Part shown: in pieces, positions 29,167-39,151 of the stretch
How the letters are laid out: the number at the start of each line of letters is the position of its first letter
Numbering within the stretch: position 1 is the first letter of the stretch
NCBI GenBank assembly: GCA_965214095.1
Contig: OZ243938.1
Span: forward strand, 4,352,001-4,416,000
Source: Candidatus Poribacteria bacterium
Lineage (GTDB): Bacteria > Poribacteria > WGA-4E > WGA-3G
Direction of reading: 5' to 3'
Length of the DNA: 64,000 nucleotides
Made by a program: the position numbers and the translations under genes
Notes under the pieces: generated by a model
Database searches by the model: none
What the model was told of the DNA's origin: nothing
Seen by the model: the letters and a program-made list of their open reading frames with translations, nothing else

Positions 29167-30042
29167 ATGGATGAAAAAGAGATACTGAAGAAGATACAAC
29201 GTATTGATATATTTACTAATCGTTTAGTCAATACCATTTTTGCTGGAGAATATAGAAGTATATTCAAAGGACAAGGAATTACCTTTGACGAAGTGCGTGA
29301 GTATCAAGAAGGCGATGAAATTCGGACAATAGATTGGAATGTCACAGCACGGATGGGACATGCATATATCAAAAAATACGTAGAAGAACGTGAATTGGTG
29401 ATGATGCTTCTTGTTGACATGAGTGCATCAACACAGTTTGGGAGTATTTCAGAAACCAAAGCCGAGATAGCAGCAGAAATTGCAGCACTACTTGCATTTT
29501 CAGCCATCAGAAACAACGACAAAGTTGGACTGATGTGTTTTACAGATAAAGTAGAACATTATGTAGCACCACAAAAAGGAAAAAGACATGTCCTGAGAGT
29601 AGTCAGAGACATTCTCCGTTTTGAACCTAATCATGCAGGAACAGATATTTCTGAAGTATTATCCTTTGCAAATAAAATACTAAAACCACATAGTGTTGTC
29701 TTTCTTATCTCTGATTTCAAGGATACTGACTATCAAAAGCAGCTGCGTGTTACGGCAAAAAGGCATTCATTAATTGCTATAACGTTAACAGATCAAAGGG
29801 AATTGGAAATGCCGAATGTCGGACTAATTGCATTAACAGACCCAGAGACTGGTGATAAGATCGTTGTTGATACAAGGTCGGATCATGGCAGGCAATTATA
29901 TACAGAACATATACGTCAATCAGGAGAGGAACGACTACGGACATTACGGACAAGTAAGGTGGATAACATAGATATCAGAACAGATGAATCGTATGTTATT
30001 CCTCTCATTCGTTATTTCCACCAACGTGCTGCTCGTAGTTAA
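29167..30042 (+). CDS. DUF58 vWA-domain protein (MoxR-associated type)
   Basis: FDEVREYQEGD, IDWNVTAR, VDMSAS, ISDF. Confidence 0.9.
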   Translation: MDEKEILKKIQRIDIFTNRLVNTIFAGEYRSIFKGQGITFDEVREYQEGDEIRTIDWNVTARMGHAYIKKYVEERELVMMLLVDMSASTQFGSISETKAEIAAEIAALLAFSAIRNNDKVGLMCFTDKVEHYVAPQKGKRHVLRVVRDILRFEPNHAGTDISEVLSFANKILKPHSVVFLISDFKDTDYQKQLRVTAKRHSLIAITLTDQRELEMPNVGLIALTDPETGDKIVVDTRSDHGRQLYTEHIRQSGEERLRTLRTSKVDNIDIRTDESYVIPLIRYFHQRAARS

Positions 30043-30096
30043 TAATATTCTTCAAAATATAATACAACTCAGATTTCTTAGTGGATACTTAGGTTT

Positions 30097-30873
30097 ATGA
30101 CTACACTTGAGGCAAAAGGTATAACACATGAATTTGTTCAGGATAAAACGAAAATACAAGTGTTGAAAAACCTAAACTTTTCTGTAAACAAAGGAGAGTT
30201 TGTCGCACTACTTGGTCCTTCAGGATGCGGTAAGAGTACGTTATTCAATATCATCTCTGGACTTATAACACCGCTTTCAGGTGAAATTTACCTAAATGGT
30301 AAACGACTTCAAGGCAATATTGGTGCATTCGGATATATGCAGCAAAAAGACCTCCTTCTACAATGGCGAACAGTATTGAAGAATGTCCTCATTGGTCCAG
30401 AAATACAAGGCGCATCGCTTGTTGATACAAAAATCGAAGCACTTGAATTATTGACGCAGCTTGGTTTGCAGGGGTTTGAAAAAAGTTATCCGATGCAACT
30501 TTCTGGTGGTATGCGTCAACGGGTTGCATTAGTTCGGACACTACTATTCAATAAAGATATCCTACTATTAGATGAACCGTTTGGTGCTTTAGATGCAATG
30601 ACACGCACTGTGATGCAATCCATACTTTTGGATATATGGAACAAAAACAGACAAACAGTGCTTCTTATTACGCATGATATTGAGGAAGCACTTGTACTTG
30701 CGGATAAAATCTATGTCCTAACTGCCAGACCGGCATCTATAAAAGCAACAGTGGATGTACCTTTATCAAGACCAAGAGATATAACAGAGAGAGACCTAAT
30801 TGACTTGAAGAGTAAACTGTTTGAGTTGTTGAAAATGGAAATGCAACAGGTGTTTGATACGAACCATCAATAA
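30097..30873 (+). CDS. ABC transporter ATP-binding protein (NitT/TauT type)
   Basis: GPSGCGKST, LSGGMRQR, LLLDEPFGALD, ITHD. Confidence 0.92.
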   Translation: MTTLEAKGITHEFVQDKTKIQVLKNLNFSVNKGEFVALLGPSGCGKSTLFNIISGLITPLSGEIYLNGKRLQGNIGAFGYMQQKDLLLQWRTVLKNVLIGPEIQGASLVDTKIEALELLTQLGLQGFEKSYPMQLSGGMRQRVALVRTLLFNKDILLLDEPFGALDAMTRTVMQSILLDIWNKNRQTVLLITHDIEEALVLADKIYVLTARPASIKATVDVPLSRPRDITERDLIDLKSKLFELLKMEMQQVFDTNHQ

Positions 30874-30913
30874 CTATTTTTTAAATACTCGATACGATTT
30901 ACAAGGAGAAATT

Positions 30914-32011
30914 TTGATTAATCGTCTATTACATATCATTCTCATATTCATATTCATATTCATACCCGCATTATTTCATATTGGATGTGCAGAAGAAGCA
31001 GAGGATACGATTGTAATTCAATCGGTGGATCCACCTGATGGTAGTACTATCTTTACTAATTCTACAATTTCAATCACATTTGAACGCACACCACGAAATC
31101 TTACGGTCTCGGATGGAGAGTTTACGCTAACTGGTGATACTGTTTCAATTGTCGGACCTTTCCCATTAGGGAATCTTGAGATTGAACTCAATTGGGATGG
31201 AGGAAACCGAACGATTTCCTACACTGTTGAAGAAACTGAAATCCCAGAGGGCATGGCACTCATTCCTGCAGGTGAATTTCAATTAGGGAGTGTCAGCGGA
31301 GAGGCAGGAAGTATTGCTCAGAGCGGACATGCTGTCCATATTGATGCTTTCTATATTGACATCTATGAGGTGACGAATAGCCAATATAAAAAGTTCATTG
31401 AGAGCAATCCATCATGGCAAAAGAATAGTATCCCCAACCGATTCCATGATGGCAATTATCTGGCAAAATGGTCTGATAATACATTTCCAAGTGATATTGC
31501 TGATCATCCTGTTGTGTATGTAAGTTGGTATGCAGCAGCTGCCTATGCAAAGTGGATAGGTAAAAGGTTGCCAACTGAAGCAGAATGGGAGAAAGCCGCA
31601 CGCGGTGGTGTAGAAGGTCAAAAGTATCCATGGGGAAATACACTTGATGACGATAAGGTTAATTATAGTTTGAATATCGGTATCACTGGTGCCACGACCC
31701 CTGTCGGTGATTATCCTCCAAACGGATACGGTTTATATGACATAGTTGGCAATGTGTTGGAATGGTGTTTGGATGAATATGACAATGAATTTTACAACGA
31801 TCCACCCAAGAACAATCCGTTGAGTGGTGACAGAAACATAGAAGATATTCTTGAGAATTTTAGGAACATCAGTTCTTCACGTTCTGTCAGGGGTGGTTCT
31901 TGGGTAGAAAGTGGTCAACCAAGGATATGGATTACATATAGACGTGGCAATGATCCTGCTTCCACGAGTCAATTGGTTGGGTTTCGTTGTGTCAAATCTT
32001 TATCTCCATAA
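30914..32011 (+). CDS. Formylglycine-generating-enzyme (SUMF1/EgtB/PvdO) family lipoprotein
   Basis: YEVTN, HPVVYVSW, RLPTEAEWEKAARGG, GNVLEW, GFRC; AAGGAG before TTG 30914. Confidence 0.88.
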   Translation: MINRLLHIILIFIFIFIPALFHIGCAEEAEDTIVIQSVDPPDGSTIFTNSTISITFERTPRNLTVSDGEFTLTGDTVSIVGPFPLGNLEIELNWDGGNRTISYTVEETEIPEGMALIPAGEFQLGSVSGEAGSIAQSGHAVHIDAFYIDIYEVTNSQYKKFIESNPSWQKNSIPNRFHDGNYLAKWSDNTFPSDIADHPVVYVSWYAAAAYAKWIGKRLPTEAEWEKAARGGVEGQKYPWGNTLDDDKVNYSLNIGITGATTPVGDYPPNGYGLYDIVGNVLEWCLDEYDNEFYNDPPKNNPLSGDRNIEDILENFRNISSSRSVRGGSWVESGQPRIWITYRRGNDPASTSQLVGFRCVKSLSP

Positions 32012-32024
32012 GATAACCGAAGTA

Positions 32025-32160
32025 ATACCACTTCTAATAAAAACTACTCATTATCAAAACAGACGCTCGTAGTCGCGCAATTCATTGCGCCTCCTATATT
32101 CAGCAAATTGAGGATAAATCTACAAATTCTCAATGATACCTAATCTATTAGAAATGGTAT
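32025..32160. repeat. MITE-like element (ATACCA.TTCTAATA TIR) containing a GTAG-REP
   Basis: ATACCACTTCTAATA / TATTAGAAATGGTAT; REP at 32069-32090; same TIR family at 60303. Confidence 0.7.
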
Positions 32161-32198
32161 AAGAAATCGTACAACTGCCTCTGTTAGAATGTTGAACT

Positions 32199-33254
32199 TC
32201 AACTAATCGAAAAAACGCTCACCCCACCCGACTCGTCACCAACAGCAATATACTGGTCATTCGGTGACCAAACGAGGTTTGTGACCCCCGCTGTCAAAGC
32301 GGCTTCATGAACCGCCCGAGAACGTAGGTTGCCTCGCAATTGCCAGACGTAGACCAGACCGTCGGCACAGCCTGAGGCAAGCAGTTTTCCGCGATGTTGA
32401 AATCGCACAACGCTGAGAAAATCCTGATGCCCGGAAAGCGTAATGGGTTTGGTACCAGCCGGTCCGCGACCGGAACAATCCCACACCGTAACATCCTCAC
32501 CGCCCCCCGTAGCCAAGTATCGACTCGTGGCATCCCACGAGACTTCTCGCACTTTCGTCGGATAGCCAGTCATTTGCAAGTCCTCACTGGTAGACATAAT
32601 CCAGAAGTGTACAGTCGAATCTTGATCTCCGGTGGCGATGTGTTTGCCGTCAGGGCTCCACGCAATCACCAGTGATGAGCCTTGCCATTCCAATCGCTGG
32701 AGGGCTTCCGACTGTTGCGGGTCCCACAGCGAGACACCGCCGTAGGTAATCGAGGCAAGTTGCTTTACACGCGGTTTCCACTGGAGACCAGAAATCGTGC
32801 TCTGATGGTCGGGATATTCGCGAACAAGCTCACCGACAACGTTCCAGAGTTTCAACTTACGACCCGCGGCAGAGGCGAGTATCGGTTTTTCGCCGCAACT
32901 CCAAGATAGGTGCTCAACCCATGCTGCGCCCCCGTCAAGCGAATGGGTCGCTTCGCCACTTGTCATATCCCACAACCGAATTTTCCCATCTTGTCCTGCG
33001 CTTGCAAGCACCTTGCCGTCTGGACGCCATGCGATCGACATTGTACCGAATTCATGCCCTTCAAAGGCATGGATAACCGCTCGACGATGCCCTTCAAAAA
33101 TTGTCACCGGACCGAGAACCGACGCGGCAGCGATGTATTTCCCATCAGGGGACCACGCCAGATCAATGACGTGGTCGCTGATGGTTGCCGTCCAATTTTC
33201 GCGCAGTTGAGAGGGCTGGAGAATGCGGTTGCTCAGGTTGTTCATGCGAGACAT
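32199..33254 (-). CDS. WD40-repeat protein (CobW-associated)
   Basis: Multiple WD40 repeats (AWSPDG, GQDGKIRLWD); overlaps the COG0523 gene end. Confidence 0.88.
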   Translation of the reverse strand: MSRMNNLSNRILQPSQLRENWTATISDHVIDLAWSPDGKYIAAASVLGPVTIFEGHRRAVIHAFEGHEFGTMSIAWRPDGKVLASAGQDGKIRLWDMTSGEATHSLDGGAAWVEHLSWSCGEKPILASAAGRKLKLWNVVGELVREYPDHQSTISGLQWKPRVKQLASITYGGVSLWDPQQSEALQRLEWQGSSLVIAWSPDGKHIATGDQDSTVHFWIMSTSEDLQMTGYPTKVREVSWDATSRYLATGGGEDVTVWDCSGRGPAGTKPITLSGHQDFLSVVRFQHRGKLLASGCADGLVYVWQLRGNLRSRAVHEAALTAGVTNLVWSPNDQYIAVGDESGGVSVFSIS

Positions 33255-34594
33255 GCTTCAAACCCCTCAGTCAATTCTGCCCGGTCGAGGTTACGCCCGA
33301 TGAAGATGAGGCTATTGTAGCGCGGTTCACCATCCCACGGGCGATCAGGGCGACCGTCAAAGAGCATATGAACACCTTGGAAGACGAAGCGGTTGGGTTC
33401 CCCCTTGATGCTTAGAATACCTTTCATGCGGAAGATGTCGACACCTTTTGTCCGAAGCAGGTCGCTAATCCAATCGTTCAGCCGGTCAGGATTGAGGTCG
33501 CCGGGGGTTGTGATGCCGACCGATGTGACTTCGTCATCATGTTCGTGGTCTGGCTTAAATTCGCGTTCAACAACTGGCTTGACAAGGGTACCGCTGCCAA
33601 AGAGTTGCGCTTGAAATTCGTCGGGATGATGCTCGGTAAACAGCGCGTAAGCACCGGGGCGGTCGAGCTGCACATCAAAACGTAATTCATCGGCTGTGAG
33701 ATTCAACGAAATGAGTTGTCCACTCGGTTGAAGGGTGCCACCCGCCGAAAGTTCATACTCGTCATCGGAGAAAACCATAACGACTGGCTCAACAGCGGCC
33801 TCCAAAGCTTCAACGGTTGACTCATTTACGGGTACCAACGCGACTTTCATCATCGGGTCAGGACCTTCTTGGAGAACCAGTTCATACGCGCTTTCCGATA
33901 GGTTATAAACACCAGCCCATTCAAATGGATACTCCGGTTCCATAAACTGTGGGTCAACCTCCATCGCACGGTCGAGATCGAATCCGCCGACATTGAGAAT
34001 CTTGTCCATTTCAACCACGGCGTCTTTCGTTCGATAAATCTTCGCTGCACCGTTCATGCCGCGAATTCTGGCTTCCAGTTGATCTAACTCTGACTCGGTC
34101 ACAAGGTCAACCTTGTTCAACAAAATGACATCGGCAAAGGCAATCTGTTCACGCGCCTCGTCGCTGTCATCGATGTGCTGCCAGATGTGTTTGGCATCCA
34201 CCAGCGTCGTGACGGAATCCAGTTGCAGTTTCTCCTGCATTTCGGTGTCCATGAAGAACGTCTGAGCAACTGGCCCGGGGTCCGCAAGCCCTGTGGTTTC
34301 GACCATGATGTAGTCGAACTTATCGCGACGCTTCATCAGATTCCCCAAAATACGGATGAGATCACCGCGTACCGTGCAGCAGATGCAACCATTGTTCATC
34401 TCGAAAATCTCTTCTTCGGCACCGATGACCAAATCATTATCGACACCGATCTCGCCAAACTCGTTTTCGATGACAGCGATACGTTTGCCATGGTTTTCGG
34501 TGAGAATGCGGTTGAGAAGCGTGGTTTTACCAGACCCCAAAAAGCCCGTTAACACGGTGACGGGGACTTGATTGTTTAGCATGCTTGTGTTCAT
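33242..34594 (-). CDS. COG0523/CobW-family metallochaperone GTPase
   Basis: LTGFLGSGKTT, ENEFGE, GCICC, ETTGLADP, NKVD, CobW_C RMKG...QGVH. Confidence 0.93.
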   Translation of the reverse strand: MNTSMLNNQVPVTVLTGFLGSGKTTLLNRILTENHGKRIAVIENEFGEIGVDNDLVIGAEEEIFEMNNGCICCTVRGDLIRILGNLMKRRDKFDYIMVETTGLADPGPVAQTFFMDTEMQEKLQLDSVTTLVDAKHIWQHIDDSDEAREQIAFADVILLNKVDLVTESELDQLEARIRGMNGAAKIYRTKDAVVEMDKILNVGGFDLDRAMEVDPQFMEPEYPFEWAGVYNLSESAYELVLQEGPDPMMKVALVPVNESTVEALEAAVEPVVMVFSDDEYELSAGGTLQPSGQLISLNLTADELRFDVQLDRPGAYALFTEHHPDEFQAQLFGSGTLVKPVVEREFKPDHEHDDEVTSVGITTPGDLNPDRLNDWISDLLRTKGVDIFRMKGILSIKGEPNRFVFQGVHMLFDGRPDRPWDGEPRYNSLIFIGRNLDRAELTEGFEACLA

Positions 34595-34613
34595 CTTTCT
34601 CTCCTTGTTGAAT

Positions 34614-34874
34614 TTAGTCAGCGGTCAAACTAACGATGTCCGTCTGCTTTACCTCTGACAGCGGTTTGTGAATTTTGTATTGCCGGGGCTTTCCCGGTGT
34701 CTCCATGATTGCAATGACCGTTTCAATAGGCGGACAGCCTTCTTCGGTGCACTGCAACTGAGTAATCATCACGGAGATGTCTTCTGATAGGTCAAAGGCT
34801 TGGGAGACCCACGATTTGACTTGGACGAGTTGCTGTGGGTCACTCTGCTTCTGCGAATTTAAAAAATTAAACAC
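34614..34874 (-). CDS. Small Cys-motif protein (CxxxxCPPxET)
   Basis: AAAGGAG RBS before GTG 34874; QLQCTEEGCPPIETV...KIHKPL. Confidence 0.7.
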   Translation of the reverse strand: MFNFLNSQKQSDPQQLVQVKSWVSQAFDLSEDISVMITQLQCTEEGCPPIETVIAIMETPGKPRQYKIHKPLSEVKQTDIVSLTAD

Positions 34875-35005
34875 TGTTGTATGGTCTCCTTTAGGCAGCA
34901 CGTGCCCTTTCTTGATAGAAACCCGCTGGCCGGAATGCAAACGGATCCCGACAGCAACGCTTCCTTTAGATCCCTAAATCTTTTGCCGAACTTACGTTAA
35001 GTTAA

Positions 35006-35416
35006 TTAATGCGATACGCCAGCATGTTCTTCTTCACATGCAGCGCAGGTTTTACACAGATGTCGATTTACGAGGTGTGCGGATGCAAGAGAGAGTCCTC
35101 CAGAAATATGTAAGATCACCTCATAAATTCCTTCAGCAGAAATATGTGCAGTAGCAATAAATGCAATTCCTACGATTAGGACAAGGAATGCCCTCCAACG
35201 ACGATGATGACGAACTCCCCAAACGATGCTTCCTAATGCAAGCACAACTGCCCCACCGATGATGACTAATTCCGCGGGTTCACTGACAAAAAAACCAAGA
35301 CCAATCAATGGTAAAAATGTAACCAAAAGGGGCATCGCCATGCAATGGATAGCACATGAAAGAGATATACATGCGCCAACAGAGTCTACGAATCCTTGAC
35401 TAAAATATTTTTTCAA
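35006..35416 (-). CDS. MerC-domain membrane protein
   Basis: SLSCAIHCMAMP motif; 4 TM; C-terminal HxxN and Cys/His tail. Confidence 0.8.
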   Translation of the reverse strand: MKKYFSQGFVDSVGACISLSCAIHCMAMPLLVTFLPLIGLGFFVSEPAELVIIGGAVVLALGSIVWGVRHHRRWRAFLVLIVGIAFIATAHISAEGIYEVILHISGGLSLASAHLVNRHLCKTCAACEEEHAGVSH

Positions 35417-35493
35417 TTCTTTACTCCTATTGTTGTATGGATTGTAGATATAGAAATATCCATACAGAGTGCATATTTAATATTGAAACTTAC

Positions 35494-37761
35494 TTAAAAA
35501 TTCATTTTATACAAAAATTTAATGTTTCTTCCCGGTTCTGGCATCACAGCTTTAATTCGGGATAAATGATCACGGTAGGCAGTGTTAAAAAGATTCTCTA
35601 CTTCAAGGACAATTAGATTTTCAAACTGCCACAAACTGTAATTAAAGTAGACCCCTACATTGTGGATAACATATCCATCAGTCGGTTCTTCAAATTCACC
35701 AAGACGTGTTTGACTTACAGAATATTTTGATGTCAGGTGAAAATGAAAGGGAGATAAAGTATAATTTAAAGCAAGTCTCCCATTGAGTGGTGGAATACGT
35801 TCCAAAGGTTTACCTTCGTCTTCAATCGTCCCATTCAAATAACTCATACCAATATTTACAACGAAGTTAGGAAGTATCTCTGTTTCTATACTTGTTTCAA
35901 TTCCATTCATAACTACATCCTGTCCATTGTATTGATATATCCACAACCACCCAGCAGCACCACTACCCCACTCTTTTTCACCAGTATTTGTTGGCTTGAG
36001 GTAACTATAAATCTGATTCTGGAATAGTGCCACGTTGAGGTTGAATCTGTTGCTTGTATATTCTGCATAGAGTTCGCCGCCATACCCGTTTTCCGCTTCC
36101 AAATCTGCATTACCGATTTCATAAGAATACACGGCAAGATGCGGACCATCAGAGAAAAGTTCCTCTATGCCAGGGGCACGGTATGATTTCATGATGGTTG
36201 TACCAGTACTTAGATTGTCATTCCACTGGTAGATTCCAGATACAGCACCAGAAAAACCACCGAAATCACGTCTTTCAACAGTACCTGCTTGAATAACAGT
36301 TCCAGGATGAAAAGGTTCTGCACGTCGGAATTCGTATCGGACCCCGCTTTGTAAGGTCAGACGATTAACCTCTTGTTGATTCGTAAAGTATCCAGCCAGC
36401 GCAAATTCACGGGTGTGCGGTGTCCAATAGAAGCCACCCGTTGCGTGATCTCTGTATTCACCCCACAAACCTGTGATAACATTGTCAAATAGGTATGTCA
36501 TCACGGAGAAATTGTATGTCAGAACTCCGAATTCCACGCCAAGCGTACCATTTGACTCTAATTCCTGATGTTCATATCGTGTATAGGCTGTCCGCAGTTT
36601 TACTTTGTCAATCCAACTCTTGTTAAAACGATATTCCAGCATCCCATCATAACGTTGTCTGTCCAAAGCAATGTTGACCCCATGGATATGTCCCTCAGGT
36701 GACCCTGGAATGCCGTAATCTGAACGATAGCCTCCACCAGATACACCGATATATCCCCATGGCTTGATGAGTGAAGTGCCAATGGTATAATTGAGATTAG
36801 ATAGTTCTGTGTTTTCAAGGACTCCATCTGGTGTTTGCGTATCTGCTGAAAGACGACGATTCCATTCTAAATTCCCTACGAAGTCATTGACAGGCACCAT
36901 CAATCCTGTTGTCCCAGTTAACCCTGTATTGACCGATTCTGCTTGTAAAGTCAAACGCATGGTTGGACGTTTAGGAAGAAAATCTGGGATACTGCTGCGT
37001 TTGACGTTGATCACGCCACCTAAAGTGCTGGAACCATAGATAAGGGATGCTGGACCACGTGTGATTTCTATCCCTTTTGCAGAAGTTGGGTCAATAGCAA
37101 CAGCATGATCTGCACTGGAGGCAGATTTGTCCCCACTTCGTTCCCCATCTTCAAGGATGAGTAATCTGTCACCACCTAATCCTCTTATTACAGATCGGGC
37201 AACTGCACTTCCCATGGTGCGTTGTGAAATCCCAAGTTGATCTGAAAGCGTTTGCGCCAATGTCATTCCCATCCGTCTTTCCAGTTCAACTTCATCTAAC
37301 GATATGTCACTTGTTTTTTTATATTGATCAAGAGATTGTCTCGCACCCAGTACAGTAACTGTATCAAGTTGTTCTGCTTCAGTTCTCATTTCGATTTGCA
37401 GATAAGACGTTGTGTCATTTACATCAACAACCTGTTCATGCAGCAGATAGTTCACCTTTGTAAACTGAAACGTATGTTGTCCCTCTGAGATAGCATCAAT
37501 TCTAAACTGACCGAATTTATCTGTTTGCGTTGTTTTTTCAACCCCTATAATACGGACAGTTACGTCGCTAAGTCTGATATAGTTTTGTATATCTAAGACT
37601 TCACCGCGTAGCTGATAGGTTGCTACTTGGTTGCTGTGTGTATCTCGATTATGACATAACATACAACTGAATGTCAAAATGAGTGTGAAAAGGTAGGTGC
37701 GTTTTATACACGTACCTACCTTTGATTTTCTACATAAGCAGGAATTTCCAATGTACAACAT
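35494..37761 (-). CDS. TonB-dependent receptor (ZnuD-like, probable metal uptake)
   Basis: N-terminal carboxypeptidase-regulatory-like domain; IRGLGGDR, ADHAV, RGPASLIYG, GPHLA, ENLFN...PGRN, terminal F. Confidence 0.9.
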   Translation of the reverse strand: MLYIGNSCLCRKSKVGTCIKRTYLFTLILTFSCMLCHNRDTHSNQVATYQLRGEVLDIQNYIRLSDVTVRIIGVEKTTQTDKFGQFRIDAISEGQHTFQFTKVNYLLHEQVVDVNDTTSYLQIEMRTEAEQLDTVTVLGARQSLDQYKKTSDISLDEVELERRMGMTLAQTLSDQLGISQRTMGSAVARSVIRGLGGDRLLILEDGERSGDKSASSADHAVAIDPTSAKGIEITRGPASLIYGSSTLGGVINVKRSSIPDFLPKRPTMRLTLQAESVNTGLTGTTGLMVPVNDFVGNLEWNRRLSADTQTPDGVLENTELSNLNYTIGTSLIKPWGYIGVSGGGYRSDYGIPGSPEGHIHGVNIALDRQRYDGMLEYRFNKSWIDKVKLRTAYTRYEHQELESNGTLGVEFGVLTYNFSVMTYLFDNVITGLWGEYRDHATGGFYWTPHTREFALAGYFTNQQEVNRLTLQSGVRYEFRRAEPFHPGTVIQAGTVERRDFGGFSGAVSGIYQWNDNLSTGTTIMKSYRAPGIEELFSDGPHLAVYSYEIGNADLEAENGYGGELYAEYTSNRFNLNVALFQNQIYSYLKPTNTGEKEWGSGAAGWLWIYQYNGQDVVMNGIETSIETEILPNFVVNIGMSYLNGTIEDEGKPLERIPPLNGRLALNYTLSPFHFHLTSKYSVSQTRLGEFEEPTDGYVIHNVGVYFNYSLWQFENLIVLEVENLFNTAYRDHLSRIKAVMPEPGRNIKFLYKMNF

Positions 37762-37772
37762 GGAAATTCTCC

Positions 37773-38357
37773 TTATTCTACAGTGACTGGTATGAGAAGT
37801 GCTGCAGTATAATCGGGATGGTCGCCATGCAGGAGTTGGAGTTTTATCTCAGTATTCCCTGCTGATATGCCTTCCACTCCAAAACTCAATCCATGATCTT
37901 CATCGTCATGATCATCTTCATCGTCATGATCATCTTCATCGTCATGATCATCTTCACCAAGGTGAATTTCAATGATTGTATCATCGTATTCCGATAGACC
38001 TAAAGCGAAGACTTCTTCTGCTTCACCCTCTTCATGATCATGATCATCGTCTTCATCCTCATCCTCACCCGGATGAAATTCGTGCTCGTGGTCATCAAGG
38101 AAACTGACCTGAACTTCAATTTCGTCACCAACAGACACGGTGAGTTCACCCTCGTGTTCACCTTTGAATTGACGATAGACCTCATTTCCATCTACCATTA
38201 ATACAAATCCATCTGCGTCTGCGTGAATGATTTCTTCTTCATGGTCATCAGTGATCGGATTATCGTCTTCGCTGCAGCCTCCCATAAAAGGTAGCACAGC
38301 AACGATAGCTATTAACAATATACGTGAAATCTCGCGTCCTAAAAAATATGTATGCAT
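37773..38357 (-). CDS. His/Asp-rich lipoprotein
   Basis: Lipobox-like MGGC; DDHDDE repeats; LLHGDHPD; GGAG RBS before ATG 38357. Confidence 0.8.
   Translation of the reverse strand: MHTYFLGREISRILLIAIVAVLPFMGGCSEDDNPITDDHEEEIIHADADGFVLMVDGNEVYRQFKGEHEGELTVSVGDEIEVQVSFLDDHEHEFHPGEDEDEDDDHDHEEGEAEEVFALGLSEYDDTIIEIHLGEDDHDDEDDHDDEDDHDDEDHGLSFGVEGISAGNTEIKLQLLHGDHPDYTAALLIPVTVE
37896..37956. repeat. 18-bp coding tandem repeat (about 3.4 copies)
   Basis: ATCTTCATCGTCATGATC x3 plus partial; encodes DHDDED units. Confidence 0.9.
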
Positions 38358-38557
38358 TTTGTTCTCCAATATATGAATAAAGTTTGAATTATCACAATTC
38401 AACAAATAAATACTCGTTTAACTTCTTATCAGGACAAAGAACTATTGGACAAAGGTGCGCAAACCAGACATGTATGCTTGGTAAACTACACACTAATTAT
38501 ACAAATCAAATAGACTTCATCCATTCTGTCAAGATAAATTGACATCAGAACAATTAT

Positions 38558-38797
38558 TTATAGTGAACATTGAAAATAATAGTACAAAGTACCTGTAGGA
38601 GCGATCTCCGAATCGCGATTTAACTCAGTGGTAATTGGGAATCGGAGTTTCTTCCTACATCTCAAAATGTCCCATTATAGTGAATTATAAATATAAGTTG
38701 ACACTTTTGACCCACGGTAGGCGAGGTTTCCTAACCTTGCCGATGCAGTGTGTTCAAGTAATTTCAAAATATACTATAATTCAAAAGTTTACTATAA
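38558..38797. repeat. Nested MITE-like elements (outer element with GTAGGAGCGATCTCCGAATCGCG REP; inner 38675-38779)
   Basis: Outer ends TTATAGTGAACATTGAA / TTCAAAAGTTTACTATAA; inner matches the copy at 10616. Confidence 0.75.
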
Positions 38798-39151
38798 AAA
38801 AATAATATTTACTGATAAACCAGAGCATTTTGGGGGTGCTCTTCTCTGTATATTTGATGTAGGATTGAATGTTTTGGGGGAGATTGTTATTTGTGGTATT
38901 TTGGTATCACAAAGAGCAATTGTGGGAATAGTAGTAGGTTGGATATTGAAATTAACGTGTGTTGTGATAAATACACATGCTGGACATCTCTCATCCGTAT
39001 GTAATGGTTCACTGTCTTCATGCTCATGACAATGTTCGTGTTCAAGGTCATGTTCATGGCAGTGCATGAACGGCATCAGACTGAGAAGCAATACGTGACA
39101 AATTATTCCAACGATGAACAGTATGTTCGTAGTATATTTAAGTTGTTTCAA
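38792..39151 (-). CDS. DUF2946-like His-rich, CxxC, RAPP-motif protein (putative metal-responsive leader)
   Basis: N-terminal hydrophobic segment, HCHEHDLEHEHCHEH, CPAC, C-terminal RRAPP. Confidence 0.7.
   Translation of the reverse strand: MKQLKYTTNILFIVGIICHVLLLSLMPFMHCHEHDLEHEHCHEHEDSEPLHTDERCPACVFITTHVNFNIQPTTIPTIALCDTKIPQITISPKTFNPTSNIQRRAPPKCSGLSVNIIFL

Noticed and set aside
32294-34571. Many overlapping alternative-frame and antisense ORFs
   Set aside because: Expected shadow ORFs of GC-rich coding DNA; no motifs
34880-34975. Riboswitch or remnant of a donor gene 3' end (…DPFAF…*)
   Set aside because: No recognisable riboswitch core; the peptide similarity is too short to support
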